Source: Mobula hypostoma
Taxonomy: Eukaryota
NCBI RefSeq assembly: GCF_963921235.1
Contig: NC_086097.1
Location: 115,818,001 to 115,882,000, forward strand
Length of the DNA stretch: 64,000 nucleotides
Direction: 5' to 3'
In this document: piece by piece, positions 62,448 through 64,000 of the stretch
Position numbering within the stretch: the first letter of the stretch is position 1
Layout: each line of letters starts with the position of its first letter
Notes under the pieces: model-generated
What the model was told of the DNA's origin: nothing
The model's input: the letters and a program-made list of their open reading frames with translations, nothing else
Databases searched by the model: none
Position numbers and translations under genes: made by a program

Positions 62448-62987
62448 GCACCTCTTCCTAGAGATGCTGCCTGGTCTGCTGTGTTCACCAGCAACTTTTA
62501 TGTGTGTTACAGTATTATAACAAGTGGTTTAAAGTGTTTACAGTGCAGTGCCATGATGGAGGTAATGTATAGAGGGTGGTAGGGTTGGCTAACCAGAATG
62601 GTTGATCAGATTAACTGCCAGAGGGAAGAAACTTCTAAGTTGACATGTTTTGTTTTTGTTCTAATAGCCCTATGGCACTTTCTAGGAGGGAGCTTTAGGA
62701 AACGGCAGCTTGCAGAGTGGGTAGGGTCGGCAATGATTTTTCTGGCCTGTTTCTTTCTTTGTCCGGGACGCATACAATTCCTGCAATGTTTGGTAAACCT
62801 GCAGCTTATGACCTTTGCAGCTGATCTAACCATTCCTTGGGGTCACCAGGTCTGTAAATGATCATACCTACTGATGTTTGCTTCAGAAATGACAAAGCCA
62901 CATTTTATTCTTGTAGCCATCCCTGCTGGAAATGGAGGTACTAAAAAGATTTTTTATACATTCTACAATAAATATTAATGACGGTAA

Positions 62988-63345
62988 GACCATAAGATAT
63001 AGGAGCAGAATTAGGCCATTTGGCCCATCGAGTCTGCTGATCCATTTCCCTCTCAGCCCTAATCTCTTGCCTTCTCCCCGTATCCCTTCCTGCCCTGACT
63101 AATCAAAGATCTATCAACCTCTGCCCTAAATACACCCAATCACTTGGCCTCCACAGATATCTATGGGAACAAATTCCACAGATTCACCACTTTCTGGTTA
63201 AAGAAATTCCTCTTCATCTCCATTCTAAATGGACGTCCCTCTATTCTGAGCCTGTGTCCTCTGGTCCTAGACTCCTCCACGATTCTCTCCACATGCAGTC
63301 TATTGAGGCCTTTCAACATTTAGAAGGTTTCAATGACCTTCTAAA
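62988..63345 (-). mobile_element. CR1 3' fragment
   Basis: cataagatataggagcagaattaggccat...acaaattccacagattcaccact matches other CR1 ends. Confidence 0.82.
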
Positions 63346-63619
63346 TCTGTAAAAAACATGAAAACCTTCAGCACACAAAGAAGATTGAATTTGTTTTGCT
63401 GATGCTATTGATATACTGGGCTAAATATCAGATATGCACAGTCTGATAGTAGTTGAAACCAAGCCTGATATAAAGGTCATGGTCACTGCTATATTTCACT
63501 TTACACCGTAATCTACCTGTGCTACTATTGTTGATGAAATACTCGTGTCATTTCATTTTTCATACATCTTTCGAGGTGCTCATTGCTTATTTGCCTTCAA
63601 GAGGACCACAATCATGTTG

Positions 63620-63860
63620 TAAGGTTTTGAAGGCTGGCGTGCTTCAATGACACAGAGAGCGATAATGGCTGGAGTGAGGGCCTTGTGCTTTGTCTCTAGG
63701 TCAGGTCACCCATACCAAAAAGGTCAAAAGTTAGAGGGCAGACTAAGAGTGGTCATCCAGTCCACCAAGTTTGGGTGCTCAGTTCGGGGCAAGCAAACCT
63801 GATTGGTCAAAAAAATTGTTAAGGAATATCAATGAAGAATCCTTCTTTATCTGTGTGTGA
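63620..63860 (+). mobile_element. Possible RTE-type 5' UTR-derived repeat
   Basis: Recalled similarity only (ggtcacccataccaaa..ggtcaaa, gggc.agcaaacc); unverified. Confidence 0.3.
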
Positions 63861-64000
63861 CAGAATGGACAGACAGTGATGGGAGAGCTTTGTTGCTGCC
63901 CTAAACGCCTGCAGAATAATCGGCAAGCCCCACTCCCCCTGTACCCTTGCTTACTTGGTTCCTTCTGGGTATTACGTTTGGCAGCCAGCTGAACGTTCCC

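Larger units (their letters stand above)
62166..62508. mobile_element. Bodiless PLE insertion made of two inverted pLTR arms
   Basis: 120-bp arms 62197-62316 / 62389-62508; perfect 15-bp TSD acagtattataacaa (62151-62165, 62509-62523). Confidence 0.93.

Overview
Eukaryotic, repeat-saturated non-coding DNA. The repeat spectrum (CR1 and Rex1/L2-type LINEs, Penelope-like elements, V-domain SINEs, Gypsy LTR elements, hAT/Tc1/Chapaev DNA transposons) suggests a vertebrate, most likely a cartilaginous fish; this is inferred. No host protein-coding exon, rRNA, tRNA or CRISPR array could be supported, and nearly every meaningful ORF is transposon-derived. Highlights: (1) a two-LTR Gypsy provirus (20817-28685) with a PNMA-like gag, whose RNaseH/integrase region is replaced by an intronless myosin heavy chain rod sequence (most like MYH16) made of three discontinuous segments fused in one frame; (2) a young CR1 with an uninterrupted 1010-codon ORF2 nested in that provirus; (3) Penelope-like elements carrying minimal hammerhead ribozymes, with a recurring architecture of inverted ends and 14-15 bp target-site duplications (TSDs), including a bodiless hairpin insertion; (4) a near full-length Rex1/Babar-type LINE nested in a Chapaev3-type transposon, plus two solo LTRs. 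Family names come from recalled motifs, not database searches. Boundaries of old fragments are approximate.
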